A program made the translations under genes and the position numbers. From the IMG/VR virus record IMGVR_UViG_3300045988_019667: a stretch of DNA of 55,059 nucleotides. One strand, written 5' to 3'. The number at the start of each line of letters is the position of its first letter. Position 1 is the first letter of the stretch. The notes below the pieces were generated by a model that was not told the origin of the DNA, searched no databases, and saw only the letters and a list, made by a program, of their open reading frames with translations. Below are positions 41,852 to 53,000 of the stretch, in pieces. Origin of the DNA: a virus.

Positions 41852-43276
41852 ATGAATTTTTTTACGCGCCTGCTAAGGAGGATCAAAATGCTTTTTATTC
41901 ATAGCGGGACCGATATTGCAAAAGCATTTGGCGTTGAACTCATTTCCTCGCCGGAAATGTCCAGCGCCCTTACAAACTGGGACCACATTTCTACCGGCAA
42001 GCCGCCTTGGCTGAACGCCGAGGATGAAATCGGGACTATCAACATGGCAAAGCATATCAGCGACACCCGCGCAAAGCTGGTGACGCTGGACATTGGTATT
42101 GCTATTTCCGGCTCGTCCCGTGCCGACTACTTGCAGGGGCTGGCTGACGACCTGCTCAAGCGCTTGCCAGATCGTGTGTCGGAGGCTGAGCGGCTGGGCG
42201 GCATTATGCTCAAATGGAACGGCGAGACATGGGACTTCATCCTGCCGGGCAACTTCGGCATTACGGCAAAGGACGACAACGGCGAAATCGTCGGCGCGAT
42301 CTTCGCGGCGCATACCGCACAGGGCAGCCGCCATTTCACACGGCTTGAATACCACCGCTTCGAGGGCAGCACCGCAGAGGGTGGCAAGCTCTACAAGATC
42401 ACGAACAAGGCGTTTGAAAACCGGCTCAGCACGAAGGGCGAAGTTACCCTCGGTGAGGAGGTGGCGCTTGACAAGGTTGACGCATGGGCGCATCTGGCAC
42501 CCGAAGTTACCATTACCAACCTTGAAACGCCGCTGTTTGGCTACTATCGCGTTCCCGGCGCAAACACCGTTGATCCGTCGTCCCCGCTGGGGCTTTCCGT
42601 GTTCGCCAACGCCATTGCAGAGCTGAAGGCCATCGACATTGCCATCAGCCGCAAGAATACGGAGATCGAGGACAGCAAGCACATTACCTTCGTCGGACAG
42701 CAGCTCATTCAGAACGCGCAGAACCGCAACGTCGAGCTGCCGCGTTTCGTGAAGGGCCTCGGTATGGGCTTGTCTGACGGCGAGGTTTCCGCAGTCCATG
42801 AGCACGCGCCGACGCTGTTGACCGACGCGCGGATCAAGGACATCAACTTCGATCTGTCTATGGCTGGTGTCAAATGCGGCTTCAGCGAAGGCGTGTTTGT
42901 GCTGGACGGCCAGACGGGCATGATTACCGCAACGCAGGTTGAGGCCGACGACCGCGACACCATCCAGACGATCAAGACCGACCGCGACGCGCTCAAGGAC
43001 GCCATCACACAGGCGCTGGCCGGTGCTGACGCATTGGTCACGCTCTACAACCTCGCGCCGCTGGGCGAATATGAGGTCAATTTCAACTTCGGAGACGTGA
43101 CCTACAACTACGAGGAGGACAAAGCCTCGTGGCGCGCCTACGTCATGCAGGGCTGGGTCCCGAAGTGGATGTACTTTGTGAAGTTCGAGGGCATGAGCGA
43201 GGAAGAAGCAAAGGCAATGACCGCAGAGGCCGACGCCGCGCAGATCGAGAAAGCCCAGCTTTTCGGCGCAGAATAG
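41852..43276 (+). CDS. Portal protein (SPP1 gp6-like)
   Basis: 474 aa directly after terL. Alternative, better-RBS start at ATG 41888 (AAGGAGG). Confidence 0.8.
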   Translation: MNFFTRLLRRIKMLFIHSGTDIAKAFGVELISSPEMSSALTNWDHISTGKPPWLNAEDEIGTINMAKHISDTRAKLVTLDIGIAISGSSRADYLQGLADDLLKRLPDRVSEAERLGGIMLKWNGETWDFILPGNFGITAKDDNGEIVGAIFAAHTAQGSRHFTRLEYHRFEGSTAEGGKLYKITNKAFENRLSTKGEVTLGEEVALDKVDAWAHLAPEVTITNLETPLFGYYRVPGANTVDPSSPLGLSVFANAIAELKAIDIAISRKNTEIEDSKHITFVGQQLIQNAQNRNVELPRFVKGLGMGLSDGEVSAVHEHAPTLLTDARIKDINFDLSMAGVKCGFSEGVFVLDGQTGMITATQVEADDRDTIQTIKTDRDALKDAITQALAGADALVTLYNLAPLGEYEVNFNFGDVTYNYEEDKASWRAYVMQGWVPKWMYFVKFEGMSEEEAKAMTAEADAAQIEKAQLFGAE

Positions 43277-43288
43277 GAGGCGGCATAA

Positions 43289-44491
43289 ATGCTGACCCCT
43301 CAGCAGATTCTGGACATCATCGAAACCCTGTACCCGCAAATCGACGAGCTGAACGTGTGGATCACCAGCGACCTTATCCGGCGTGTTATGGCGCGGTTAG
43401 GGCGCGGCGAGGGCGTTTTTCTCACCGCCTCGGATGAATGGCAGCTTGAGGTTTATCAAGCCGCAGGCGGCCATCTGGACGCCGTACAGCGGGAAATCAA
43501 GCGCTGGACAAAGGCAACGGACGCAGAGATCAAGCGCATCTTCGAGGACGCCGGTATCAAAGCTCTTGCCTACGACAGCAATTTCTACATCGAACACGGG
43601 CTTGCGGGCATTGAGCTTGCACAGGCTGAGAGCATGATCCGGCTACTTGAGGACACCTACCAGCGCACGGCGGGCACCGTCCACAACTTCACCCGCACGA
43701 CCGCGCACGCGAGCCAACAGCAGCTGCTGAAAGCTCTGGACACCGCGCATTTCAAGGTGGCGTCCGGCGCGACATCGTACACGCAGGCCGTACAGGAGGC
43801 CGTCAGCAGCATTGTTGACACGCAAACGCAGGTCGTCTATCCCACTGGGCACGTTGACACCATCGAAACCGCTGTCCTGCGGGCTGTTCGTACCGGCGTC
43901 GCGCAGGCGTCTGGCAATATGGCCGTTCAGGGTATGGAAGAACGCGACTGGGACATTGTGCTTGTGTCGGCGCATCTCGGCGCACGCTACGGCGACGGCG
44001 GCCAAAACCCCGGAAATCACTTCTGGTGGCAGGGAAAATTCTACAGCCGAACGGGCCGAACGCCTGATCTTCCGCTTTTCGTGGAATCCACGGGGTACGG
44101 CACCGGCGAGGGCTTGTGTGGCTGGAACTGCCGCCACAGCTTCGGCCCCGGCGACCTGCGGCACAATCCATACGCGCAGTTCGACGCGGAGGAGAACAAG
44201 AAAGCCTTTGACCTCAGCCAGAAGCAGCGCGGGAAGGAATCACGCATCCGGCGCACAAAAACAAAGCTGGTCGGTCTTCGCACAGCCATTGAGGCGGCGG
44301 AGGACGCGGGCGTGAAAGCTACACTTGAAGCGCAGTACACACGGACGGCAAAGCTGTTGGAAAAGCAGAATTTGGACTACAACCAGTTCTGCGAGGACAA
44401 CGGCCTGAAGCGTCTCTCCGACCGCATCCAGATTGCAAAATGGACGCGAGAGGACGCGAGGAAATCCATTGCCGCCGCCCGCAGCAAGTAG
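43289..44491 (+). CDS. Minor head / head-morphogenesis protein (MuF / SPP1 gp7 family)
   Basis: 400 aa. Conserved HLGARYGDGGQNPGNHFWWQGKFYS...CGWNCRHSFGPG block. Sits after the portal gene. Confidence 0.8.
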   Translation: MLTPQQILDIIETLYPQIDELNVWITSDLIRRVMARLGRGEGVFLTASDEWQLEVYQAAGGHLDAVQREIKRWTKATDAEIKRIFEDAGIKALAYDSNFYIEHGLAGIELAQAESMIRLLEDTYQRTAGTVHNFTRTTAHASQQQLLKALDTAHFKVASGATSYTQAVQEAVSSIVDTQTQVVYPTGHVDTIETAVLRAVRTGVAQASGNMAVQGMEERDWDIVLVSAHLGARYGDGGQNPGNHFWWQGKFYSRTGRTPDLPLFVESTGYGTGEGLCGWNCRHSFGPGDLRHNPYAQFDAEENKKAFDLSQKQRGKESRIRRTKTKLVGLRTAIEAAEDAGVKATLEAQYTRTAKLLEKQNLDYNQFCEDNGLKRLSDRIQIAKWTREDARKSIAAARSK

Positions 44492-44686
44492 ATAATTGCA
44501 AAGCAGAGCTTTACAGCACCGTTCCGGCGCTGCGAGGCTCTGCTTTTCTATGCCCCTTCCAGTATCGCCGGTGCAACTCCGGCGGGGGTACAAAATCGGA
44601 CTATCGGCGGTCCTAACAATGCCGAAAACGGCCAGACGCTGCAACGTCTTAAATATCTGCTATTGCCGTTATACAGGAGGTTATCT

Positions 44687-45280
44687 ATGAAAACCGAAGA
44701 ACTGACTGCACTGGGGCTGAATGAAGATCAGGTCAAGCAGGTGTTCGCGCTCAACGGGAAAGACGTTGAGGCCGCGAAGGCTGCCAAGGACAAGACCATT
44801 GCAGACCTCACGGCAGAGCGCGACGGCCTGAAAACCCGCCTCGATACTGCCGAAACCACGCTGAAGAAGTTTGAGGGCATCGACCCGCAGCAGATTCAGC
44901 AGGAAATCCAGACCTACAAGACGCAGGCTGAGGACGCGGAGAAGAAATTCACCCGCGAGATCACGCAGCGCGATCAGAAGGACTGGATCACCAAGAAGCT
45001 GGACGAGTACGGCGTCACTTCTCCCTTTGCCCGCACGGCCCTTGTGTCCGAGTGTATGTCTCCGGACGCCGGTCTGACGTGGAAGGACGGCGCATTTTTC
45101 GGCTTTGACGACTTTATGAAGGCCGCCAAGCAGAAAGACGCTGGTCTGTATCAGACCGCCGAGGAAAAGGAAGCCGCAGAAAAGGCGGCAAAGCAGAAGG
45201 AAAAAGCGCCTGCTTTTACGGGACCCACGGGCGATCCCGGCACCAGCTCTGAGAAGTACACCCCGCCCAAAATTTTCTGA
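44687..45280 (+). CDS. Scaffolding protein
   Basis: CAGGAGG RBS. 197 aa, charged coiled coil (MKTEELTALGLNEDQVKQVFALNGKDVEAAK...). Precedes the capsid gene. Confidence 0.75.
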   Translation: MKTEELTALGLNEDQVKQVFALNGKDVEAAKAAKDKTIADLTAERDGLKTRLDTAETTLKKFEGIDPQQIQQEIQTYKTQAEDAEKKFTREITQRDQKDWITKKLDEYGVTSPFARTALVSECMSPDAGLTWKDGAFFGFDDFMKAAKQKDAGLYQTAEEKEAAEKAAKQKEKAPAFTGPTGDPGTSSEKYTPPKIF

Positions 45281-45300
45281 TAAACAAAGGAGTATGAATT

Positions 45301-46257
45301 ATGCCTCGTATCAATGCACTTAACATCCTTCTGGAAAGCGACGGCAAGGAATATCTTGCCGAGCTGTACGGCAAAACCATTGAGGGCGTCCAGAAGGCGC
45401 TGATCTCCGGCTCCATGAAGAACATGGACCTGTCCGGCGATCCTGTTTCCGGCACTGTCGAAGCCAAGCGCTTCGTCAATGCCACCCCCAAGAACTATGG
45501 CACCGCGCGTACCGCAGGCAAGGGCGACGCCGTGAAGGCAAAGCCCGTCACCGTTGCCATCGACACCGACCGCGAGATCGTCGAGGAACTGGAACAGAAG
45601 GACGTCCGCCTGTACGGCGTTGACGGCGTTCTGGACCGTCGTTCCGCAAACCACATCCTGCGCATGGCTGCCGAACTGGACAATGCGTTCTTCGCCGCTG
45701 CTGCCGGTAAGGCCACTGTGCTGAACCTGTCCGCCTACAAGACCATCTCTGACGAGCTGGAAGCCATCATTCAGGAGTGCGAAACCACCCAGAATGACTT
45801 CGTGGACGGCGTGCCTCGCTCTATGATGCACCTCGTTCTGTCCCCGAAGTATTACGGCATGATCCGTAACGACCTCGACAAGCAGACCAACAACGCGAAT
45901 GTGAACACTGCCGCCGAGGAGTTCCTTGTGTGGCACGGCGTCCGCGCGTACAGCTGCGTCCACCTTCCCGCTGGCTGCAACTACCTGCTCATGGTCGAGG
46001 GCGCTGTCGCTCAGCCCATCATGGCCGATCAGTATACCGCCGAGAAGATCCCTCTCTCCAATGCCTACGGCGTCGAGCTGTTCTACCACTACGGCACCAC
46101 CGTTGTCATGCCTGACCTGATCTTCAAGCCCGGCGTGTTCACCAAGGCGGCCACCCACGCTGCCGGTACTCAGTATTACACCGAGGCCAACGGTGTGTAC
46201 ACTGCTGTCTCCATCACGGAGTTCGCGTCCGGCACCACCTACTACACTATGGCCTGA
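45301..46257 (+). CDS. Major capsid protein
   Basis: 318 aa. Assigned by position after the scaffold gene; strong RBS. Confidence 0.8.
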   Translation: MPRINALNILLESDGKEYLAELYGKTIEGVQKALISGSMKNMDLSGDPVSGTVEAKRFVNATPKNYGTARTAGKGDAVKAKPVTVAIDTDREIVEELEQKDVRLYGVDGVLDRRSANHILRMAAELDNAFFAAAAGKATVLNLSAYKTISDELEAIIQECETTQNDFVDGVPRSMMHLVLSPKYYGMIRNDLDKQTNNANVNTAAEEFLVWHGVRAYSCVHLPAGCNYLLMVEGAVAQPIMADQYTAEKIPLSNAYGVELFYHYGTTVVMPDLIFKPGVFTKAATHAAGTQYYTEANGVYTAVSITEFASGTTYYTMA

Positions 46258-46272
46258 TGTAAGGAGGACGCT

Positions 46273-46476
46273 ATGCTGTTTCGCAACCTGAAATCGGGCA
46301 ACATCGTAGCGGCCACCGATGAAACCAGCATTGAGCTGATGCAGAGGTCGGCCATCTACGAAGCCGTAGAAATCGCCCCTGCTGTCGCACCCGCGCCCGC
46401 AAAGGCGGAGGGCAAGCGCCGTAAGAAGCCCACAGAGGCCGAAACGGACGCCCCTGCCGAGGTGCAGGAAGACTAA
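46273..46476 (+). CDS. Hypothetical head-associated protein (67 aa)
   Basis: TAAGGAGG RBS; tracked ORF. Confidence 0.55.
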   Translation: MLFRNLKSGNIVAATDETSIELMQRSAIYEAVEIAPAVAPAPAKAEGKRRKKPTEAETDAPAEVQED

Positions 46477-46488
46477 GGAGGCGTTGAT

Positions 46489-46977
46489 ATGGCATACACA
46501 GACTTTGCGTTTTACGGCTCCGGCTACTTCGGGGACACGCTGACCGAGGAAACCTCCCCAAAGTGGCTTGAACGCGCCAGCGACGAACTGGACGCAATCA
46601 CCTTTGGGCGGCTCACGTTTGCGTTTCCGACCGTGGAAGCCCATGCCGTCAAGGTCAAGAAGGCTGTTTGTGCCATTGCCGAAGCCCTCTACTGGATCGA
46701 CGTCCAGCGGAGGGCATCTTCCGCGCAGAAAGCGGAGGACGGAAGCTATCACGGGGCTGTCGCGTCTATCTCGTCCGGACGGGAATCCATTTCCTATTTG
46801 GCGGGCAGCGCGAATAGCTCCGTTTATGCTGCCGCCGCGACAAGCGCAGAGGCACAAACAAATTTGATCGGCAGCATTGCCGCGCAGTATCTGGCAAATA
46901 TCCCGGATGCAAACGGCGTCAATCTGCTGTATGCGGGAGGTGTTGGGCGTGTACCGCGACACAATAACGGTCTTTAA
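46489..46977 (+). CDS. Head-tail connector (gp6/gp15-like adaptor)
   Basis: Assigned by position and size (162 aa); TAAGGAGG RBS. Confidence 0.6.
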   Translation: MAYTDFAFYGSGYFGDTLTEETSPKWLERASDELDAITFGRLTFAFPTVEAHAVKVKKAVCAIAEALYWIDVQRRASSAQKAEDGSYHGAVASISSGRESISYLAGSANSSVYAAAATSAEAQTNLIGSIAAQYLANIPDANGVNLLYAGGVGRVPRHNNGL

Positions 46978-47383
46978 TTACCACGCCGCAACCGGGCGCT
47001 GGTTTCCGTCCGTCATCTCCGGCGCTGACCTGCTGACCACAAAAGCCAACAGCGCGACAACTGCGGGAGGCAACAACGCCGACGCCGTGGACATCATCGT
47101 CCACTGTACGGCGGACAAGCGCGTTCCCACCGGCGCAGGGATGAAAAGCTACACGGGGCCGAAGGAGTATGCCCGCTGCGACAATCCGGCGCAGCACATC
47201 ACCTTTGCTCCGGAGTGCGATTTCATTTTTGCTGGTGCATGGCCTGACACCGGGCCGCTGACCGATGACGACTATGACGAAGGACTATACCACGCTCTGA
47301 ACGCAGAGCGCGACGGTATCTACCTGATAAGCTCTGCGGGCTTTTACGGCCTTCTCCCTCACTTCGAGATTGGAGGGCGGTAA
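46949..47383 (+). CDS. Head-closure / minor capsid protein
   Basis: GGGAGG lies 8 nt before GTG 46949. 144 aa. Assigned by position. Confidence 0.5.
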   Translation: MYRDTITVFNYHAATGRWFPSVISGADLLTTKANSATTAGGNNADAVDIIVHCTADKRVPTGAGMKSYTGPKEYARCDNPAQHITFAPECDFIFAGAWPDTGPLTDDDYDEGLYHALNAERDGIYLISSAGFYGLLPHFEIGGR

Positions 47384-47841
47384 TGTCCGATTTTCCGAAA
47401 ATCTCCTACTCTGACGGCGGCGTACACGTCACTGTTGACCTGCGCGCGCTGGATCAGCGTATGCGCGAGGCGCAGCAATGGCTGGGCGACCGCGTGCTTG
47501 AGGACTGCAAAGCCTGTATGCCGCTGCTGACCGGCAGCTTGCAGCAGCGCTCCCACACGGAGGACGACGGGAAAAAGGTCGTCTTTCCCGGCCCGTATGC
47601 GCGCTACCAGTACGGCGGTAAGGTCATGGTGGATTCCGTAACCGGCAAAGGCCCCCGCAAAATCCCTACAGGCCCCGGTGAATACATCCTGCGTTTCCGC
47701 AAGGGCGCAAAGCTCGTTGCCACCGACAGGCCGCTGAAATACTCCAACCCGCAGGCCGTTCCGCAATGGTTTGAACACGCCAAACGGCAGAACAAGCAAT
47801 TCTGGATCGACGGCGTGAAGGAGAAAATCGGAGGTAAATAA
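47383..47841 (+). CDS. Minor capsid / tail-completion protein
   Basis: TAATG overlap. 152 aa. Assigned by position. Confidence 0.55.
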   Translation: MSDFPKISYSDGGVHVTVDLRALDQRMREAQQWLGDRVLEDCKACMPLLTGSLQQRSHTEDDGKKVVFPGPYARYQYGGKVMVDSVTGKGPRKIPTGPGEYILRFRKGAKLVATDRPLKYSNPQAVPQWFEHAKRQNKQFWIDGVKEKIGGK

Positions 47842-47843
47842 CC

Positions 47844-48347
47844 ATGCCGTCGAAAACGGTCATCGACATTGACGGCTCTGAGGCCGTCAGCAAAATTCTT
47901 CTTGACCTGCTGAACAAGTTCCCCGGTCTGACCACCGGCAAAAAATCCATCCTGTTCTCCACGCTCTCGGACGCTTCGGGGATCGGATTCTTTCCGATTT
48001 CCGGTGCGGCTTTGCAGAACAGCACAGAGGACGTCACCGGTCACGTCACGCAGGTCTGCCAATACCCGTTCAATGTGGTCTACCGCGCCGCCCCGAAATC
48101 CGAAACCCAGCGCATCCGCATCAAAGAATTCCTTGATGCGCTGGGCAAGTGGCTTGAGCGGCAGCCGGTCACGCTGAACGGCAAGCGCCACCAGCTCAGC
48201 GCATACCCCGCGCTGCTGGCTGGCAACCGCGTCATCAAGAAAATCAGCCGCACAAGCCCTGCCTACCTCAACTCCGCCTATCAGGATGGTGTCGAAGATT
48301 GGCTCATTGGCCTGCGGCTGGACTACAACAACGAATTTGATATTTGA
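47844..48347 (+). CDS. Tail terminator / completion protein
   Basis: 167 aa. Directly precedes the major tail gene. Confidence 0.5.
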   Translation: MPSKTVIDIDGSEAVSKILLDLLNKFPGLTTGKKSILFSTLSDASGIGFFPISGAALQNSTEDVTGHVTQVCQYPFNVVYRAAPKSETQRIRIKEFLDALGKWLERQPVTLNGKRHQLSAYPALLAGNRVIKKISRTSPAYLNSAYQDGVEDWLIGLRLDYNNEFDI

Positions 48348-48359
48348 GGAGCTGAAATT

Positions 48360-48869
48360 ATGCCGAAAATCGAACGCAAGTATCTTGCCCATTTCCTCGA
48401 CGCCAAGTTCGGCGTCAAGACGCAGGGCGAGGAAACCTACACCCCGAATTATACCCGTCTCGGCAAGGACCTTGAGGAGTATAACGAGGAGCTGAACCCC
48501 GACGTTGAGGTCAACAAAAACATTCTGGGCGAACAGAACGTCGTCCACAATGGCTACGAGGTGCAGTCTGAGGTTGACCCCTTCTATGCCTACAGCGGCG
48601 ACCCGCTGTTTGAACGTCTCGCAAAGATCGCCAATGAGCGCCTGACCGGCGACGACTGCATGACCACGAAGGTTGACGTGCTGCTTAACAGTGACGGCAC
48701 CGTGGCATGGGCCTACCGTGAAGACGTGTGGGTCGTTCCCGAATCTGTCGGCGGTGACACCTCCGGCGTGCAGATTCCCTTTACCGTGTACAACGCGGGC
48801 AACCGCGTCAAGGGCACCTTCGACCTCACCACGAAGACCTTCACCGCAGACACCAACGCTGCGGGCTAA
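48360..48869 (+). CDS. Major tail protein
   Basis: 169 aa. Followed by a strong hairpin, then the chaperone pair and the tape measure. Confidence 0.7.
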   Translation: MPKIERKYLAHFLDAKFGVKTQGEETYTPNYTRLGKDLEEYNEELNPDVEVNKNILGEQNVVHNGYEVQSEVDPFYAYSGDPLFERLAKIANERLTGDDCMTTKVDVLLNSDGTVAWAYREDVWVVPESVGGDTSGVQIPFTVYNAGNRVKGTFDLTTKTFTADTNAAG

Positions 48870-48881
48870 TCATCCACCCCC

Positions 48882-48910
48882 GCCGCCCTGCGCCTAATAC
48901 GCAGGGCGGC
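48882..48910 (+). terminator. 11-bp perfect hairpin after the major tail gene (partial terminator)
   Basis: gccgccctgcg-cctaata-cgcagggcggc followed by aacatttt. Confidence 0.6.
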
Positions 48911-48938
48911 AACATTTTGAATTCAGGAGGCAATTAAA

Positions 48939-49439
48939 ATGGCTGACAAACTGGTACAGCAGAATTTCAATGAAATCATCATCGACGATGGCAGCGTAAA
49001 GGTGCCTATCCGAAATAAGCACGGGGAACAGATCGGGGAATTCTCCTTCCGACCGACCGACATCGGCATTGTGGATCGCTTCAACAGCGTCGCCGCAGAG
49101 TTTGACAAAATCGTCGAGCCGCTGGAAAGCGTCAACATCAAGCCGGACGGCACTGTGGACGAACGGAACGAAGCCGAATTCGCGGCACTGCGTGAGGCTG
49201 AAAAACGCCTGTACACTGCCTGTGACAAGCTCTTTGGCGGCAATATGTCGGAGGCGTTCTTCGGTAAGATGCACCCGTTTTCCCCCATCAACGGTCATTT
49301 CTACTGCGAAAACGCGCTGTCTGCGGTCGGTGCTTATATCTCCCGCCAGTTCGACCGCGAGGTGAAGAAAGTCAACTCCCGTGTTGAGCGGTACACCCAC
49401 GGCTACCGTACTGGCAAGCACAAGGGCGGTAAAAAATGA
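48939..49439 (+). CDS. Tail assembly chaperone (gpG-like)
   Basis: 166 aa between the major tail and tape measure genes. Ends GGT AAA AAA TGA, overlapping the next ORF start. Confidence 0.65.
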   Translation: MADKLVQQNFNEIIIDDGSVKVPIRNKHGEQIGEFSFRPTDIGIVDRFNSVAAEFDKIVEPLESVNIKPDGTVDERNEAEFAALREAEKRLYTACDKLFGGNMSEAFFGKMHPFSPINGHFYCENALSAVGAYISRQFDREVKKVNSRVERYTHGYRTGKHKGGKK

Positions 49440-50002
49440 TCGGAACACTGCCGCGAAGTCTTGAGGTAAACGGTAAGTTCTACCGCATTCGCAGCGATTT
49501 TCGGGATGTTCTGAAAATCGTGATCGCGTTCGGTGATCCCGACCTCGAAGACAAAGAAAAGGCTTATATCTGCCTGTTCATTTTGTTCAAGGACTTCGAC
49601 GCAATTCCAAAAGACGACTACGAGGCGGCCTTCAAGGCCGCTCTCGCTTTTATTGACCACAATGACAAGCCGGAGGACACGGGCGGAAAGCCGCCTCCGC
49701 GCGTCATGGACTGGGAACAGGACGAGAGCATCATGTTTCCAGCGGTCAATAAGGTTGCCGGTTTTGAGGTCCGTACCGCCCGGTATGTTCACTGGTGGAC
49801 CTTTATGGGCTATTACATGGAGATTTCGGACGGCGTTTTCGCGCAGGTGCTCAATCTGCGTCTGAAGCGCGCAAAGGGCAAAAAGCTGGAAAAGTGGGAG
49901 CGCGAATACTGGAATTCCAACCGCGCTATTTGCGCCCTACGCACGAAGCTGTCTGAAGAAGAACAGGCAGAAAAGGATAGGATCGACGCGCTACTCGGCT
50001 AA
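49436..50002 (+). CDS. Gp15-family / gpT-like tail assembly protein
   Basis: 188 aa, in the -1 frame relative to the chaperone. Its ATG is embedded in AAAAAATGA. Confidence 0.6.
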   Translation: MIGTLPRSLEVNGKFYRIRSDFRDVLKIVIAFGDPDLEDKEKAYICLFILFKDFDAIPKDDYEAAFKAALAFIDHNDKPEDTGGKPPPRVMDWEQDESIMFPAVNKVAGFEVRTARYVHWWTFMGYYMEISDGVFAQVLNLRLKRAKGKKLEKWEREYWNSNRAICALRTKLSEEEQAEKDRIDALLG

Positions 50003-50018
50003 GAAAGAAGGTGGTTAA

Positions 50019-53000
50019 ATGGCAGATCAGGCTGACGGCTCTATCATCATTGATACCGAGATAAATTCGGACGGATTTAAGGCCGGAAGCGCTGAATTGC
50101 TTGCGGCTATCAAGGCACTGTCCACAGAGGTCAAGAATCTGGGACAAACGCTGAAAGAACTTTTCAGCAAGCCGCTGACACCTGAAATCAATACAGGTGG
50201 CGCAGAGGATAAGGTTGCAGCGCTTGAGGCAAAAGTACAGGAGCTGCAAACCTCCCTCGAAGAATTACAGAATACCAACGGCAGCGGCACGCCTGCGCCG
50301 GAAACAGCTACACCGCAGGTGAACATCGGTGGTGTGACGGAAAAGGCATCCGGTTTGCAGCGTGAGATCGACGCCGTGAACAGCAGCGTGCAGAAGCTGG
50401 AACCGACCTTCCAGAAAGCCATGTCCGGCAGCGAGAGCGCTATGACCTCCTTTGAGGGCAAGGCAAGCACGCTGGAAAGCAAGATTGCGGAGCTTCAGGA
50501 ACGGCTGGATGCAGTCGGTCAGACACAATTCCCGACGCAGGAGTATCAGTCTCTTGTTGATGCGCTGGAAAAAGCGAGCTACAAGGCAGATGCGCTGCGT
50601 GAAAGAATGAAAACGCTTGACGCACGCGGCGTTTCTCACAATTCGCAGCAGTGGAAAAACCTTCAAATTGACATTGACCGCGCCGCTCAAAAATGTGATA
50701 CATACGCAGAGGCCGTCCGGAGGATGGAGGCTGACGGTTCGGCATTCCGGATGGGAGCGGATACGGCGCAGTATGACCAGATGCAGGCGGTCCTTGCCAG
50801 TGCGTCCGAAAGTCTGTCCGAAATGCAATCCAAAACGCAAAAGTCCGAAAGCCTTATGCGTCGTTTCGCAAGCGCAGCAAAAAGTGCAGCAAAAACCATT
50901 GCTGGCTCTCTTGTTTCCGGAATAAGGGCCGCAGCGTCCGGTATGGCAAAAATGCTGTTCCACAGCAAGAAGATGAACAGCCAGTTTGGCGGGCTGATTT
51001 CCGGCGCGAAGAAATTTGCACTCAGCTTGCTTGGCGCGCGCGGCGTCTGGGCGCTGCTGCGGAAAGCGGTCAGCGCCTATATGGCCGAAAATCAGCAGCT
51101 TTCCAATACGCTGTCCGCCTGTTGGTCGGGCATAGGAAACTTGCTGGGGCCGATAATTACACGCATTATCAACCTTGTCGCACAAGCTGTCGCCTATGTA
51201 ACCGCGTTTCTCAAACTCTTTGGCATCTATGGAAAAACTGCATCCAAAGAAATCAGCAGCGCAGGCGGGGCGGCATCCAAAGCTACCGATAAGCTCAAAC
51301 GGCAGCTGGCCGCGTTCGATGAACTGAACATTCTCAGCGACAACAGCTCTGACGGCGGCGGGGGTGGAGGAGGTGCCGGTGATCTCGGAAGTCTGCCCGA
51401 TGTAACGCTGCCCGACTGGGCAAAACTTATGGTCGAGCAGATCAAGGCCGGTGACTGGGCCGCAGCCGCAAACACTCTGGCGGCAAAGCTCAACGAAATG
51501 GTTGATACCGTAGACTGGGCGGGCGTCGGCGATAAGATCGGGTATTATTTGAACGGCGCGTTGACTTTCCTTGCGACGTTCATCCAGAACTTCGACTGGA
51601 AAAACCTTGCGTCGCGCTTTGCAGAACTCCTAAACCACATTATTACCGGTGTGGACTGGGGAAATCTCGGTGTGATCCTGACCGGGAAATGGGCAATCAT
51701 CCTGAAATCGCTTGACGGCTTTTTCGGCACGCTTGACGGCGCAGCAGTGAGCAAGGCCATCACGGATTTCATGTACGGGACCGTGAACGCCGCCGACTGG
51801 ATCGGTATTGCGGGAAGTCTCGCAAAAAACATCAGCAATTTCATTTCGGACATTGATTTTTCGGCACTTGCCGAAGCGCTCAGTACGCAAATCAGAACGG
51901 CGCTTCAAAGTATGGTCGCTGCTGTCGAGAACTTCGACTGGGCAATGCTCGGAAGAAAAATCGCTGATTTTCTCAACGGAATTGATTGGAGCGGGATTTT
52001 CTCTGACCTGACAAGATTGCTTGGTGGCCTGCTTATCGGAGCGCTCAATCTGCTTGTCGGCTTTGTGGATCAGGTCGATTGGACCGGCCTTGCAGACGAA
52101 ATCTGGGCTTGTCTCGAAAGTCTTACCACCGACATTGACTGGGACGGCTTCGGTGAATTGCTTGGCAAGTTTGTCAGTGGAGCCATAACCGGCGTTCTCG
52201 ATCTCATTACGTCTCTGTTTTCAGATCATGACTGGGGCGAAATGGTGCAAAACCTGATTGGCAGTCTGGGGGAGGCACTGGGCGCGGTAATCGAAAACAT
52301 TGACTGGCTCGGCCTGCTGGAATCCCTTGCGACCGCTCTTGTCAGCATTATTGTTCAGATTCCCAGCATTATTGTGGGTGCCATTGGCGGAATATCCGAC
52401 CTGCTTGCAAGTTTGTTTGAGGCAATCGGCCTCGATTCTATCGCCGGTTTCTTTCGTGGAATCGGAGACGCAATGCGCGACGCGGGTTCGTGGCTGAAAG
52501 AAAACCTCGTAGACCCTGTTGTGAACTGGGTAAAGAACCTGTTCGGCATCCACTCTCCGTCTACTGTATTCGCAGAAATCGGTACATTCCTTATCGACGG
52601 ACTAAAGCAGGGCATTTCTAATGCTTGGCACAAGATCACGGACTTCTTCTCCGGCGTAATCGAAAAGTTGAAGACCTTCTTCAGTAACGCATGGAGCAGT
52701 ATCAAGTCCACCGCTACCACGGCATGGGTCGGAATCAAGGGCGTTATCAGCAGTGCATGGAACGGCATCAAATCCGGTGTGTCGTCTGCCTGCAATACCG
52801 TCAAAACCGGTATCTCGAATGCTTGGAGCGCCATCAAATCTGGCACCACAAGCGCGTGGAACGGTATCAAGAGCGGGCTGTCTTCGGCTTGGACGAGCAT
52901 CAAGACCACAGCATCGTCCACTTGGACAAATCTGAAAACTACTGTCAGCAACGGCTGGAACAACATCAAGGCGAACACCTCCACCGTTTGGAACGGTGTA

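Noticed and set aside
41873-43339. Long minus-strand ORFs opposite structural and lysis genes. This one also stands for 45151..46962, 10392..11819, 39844..40770, 47604..48548, 50265..51185, 52355..53200, 32753..33685 and 1255..2394.
   Set aside because: Same reasoning. Each is antisense to a gene with a clear function or RBS, has an Arg/Gly-biased composition, and has no independent support.
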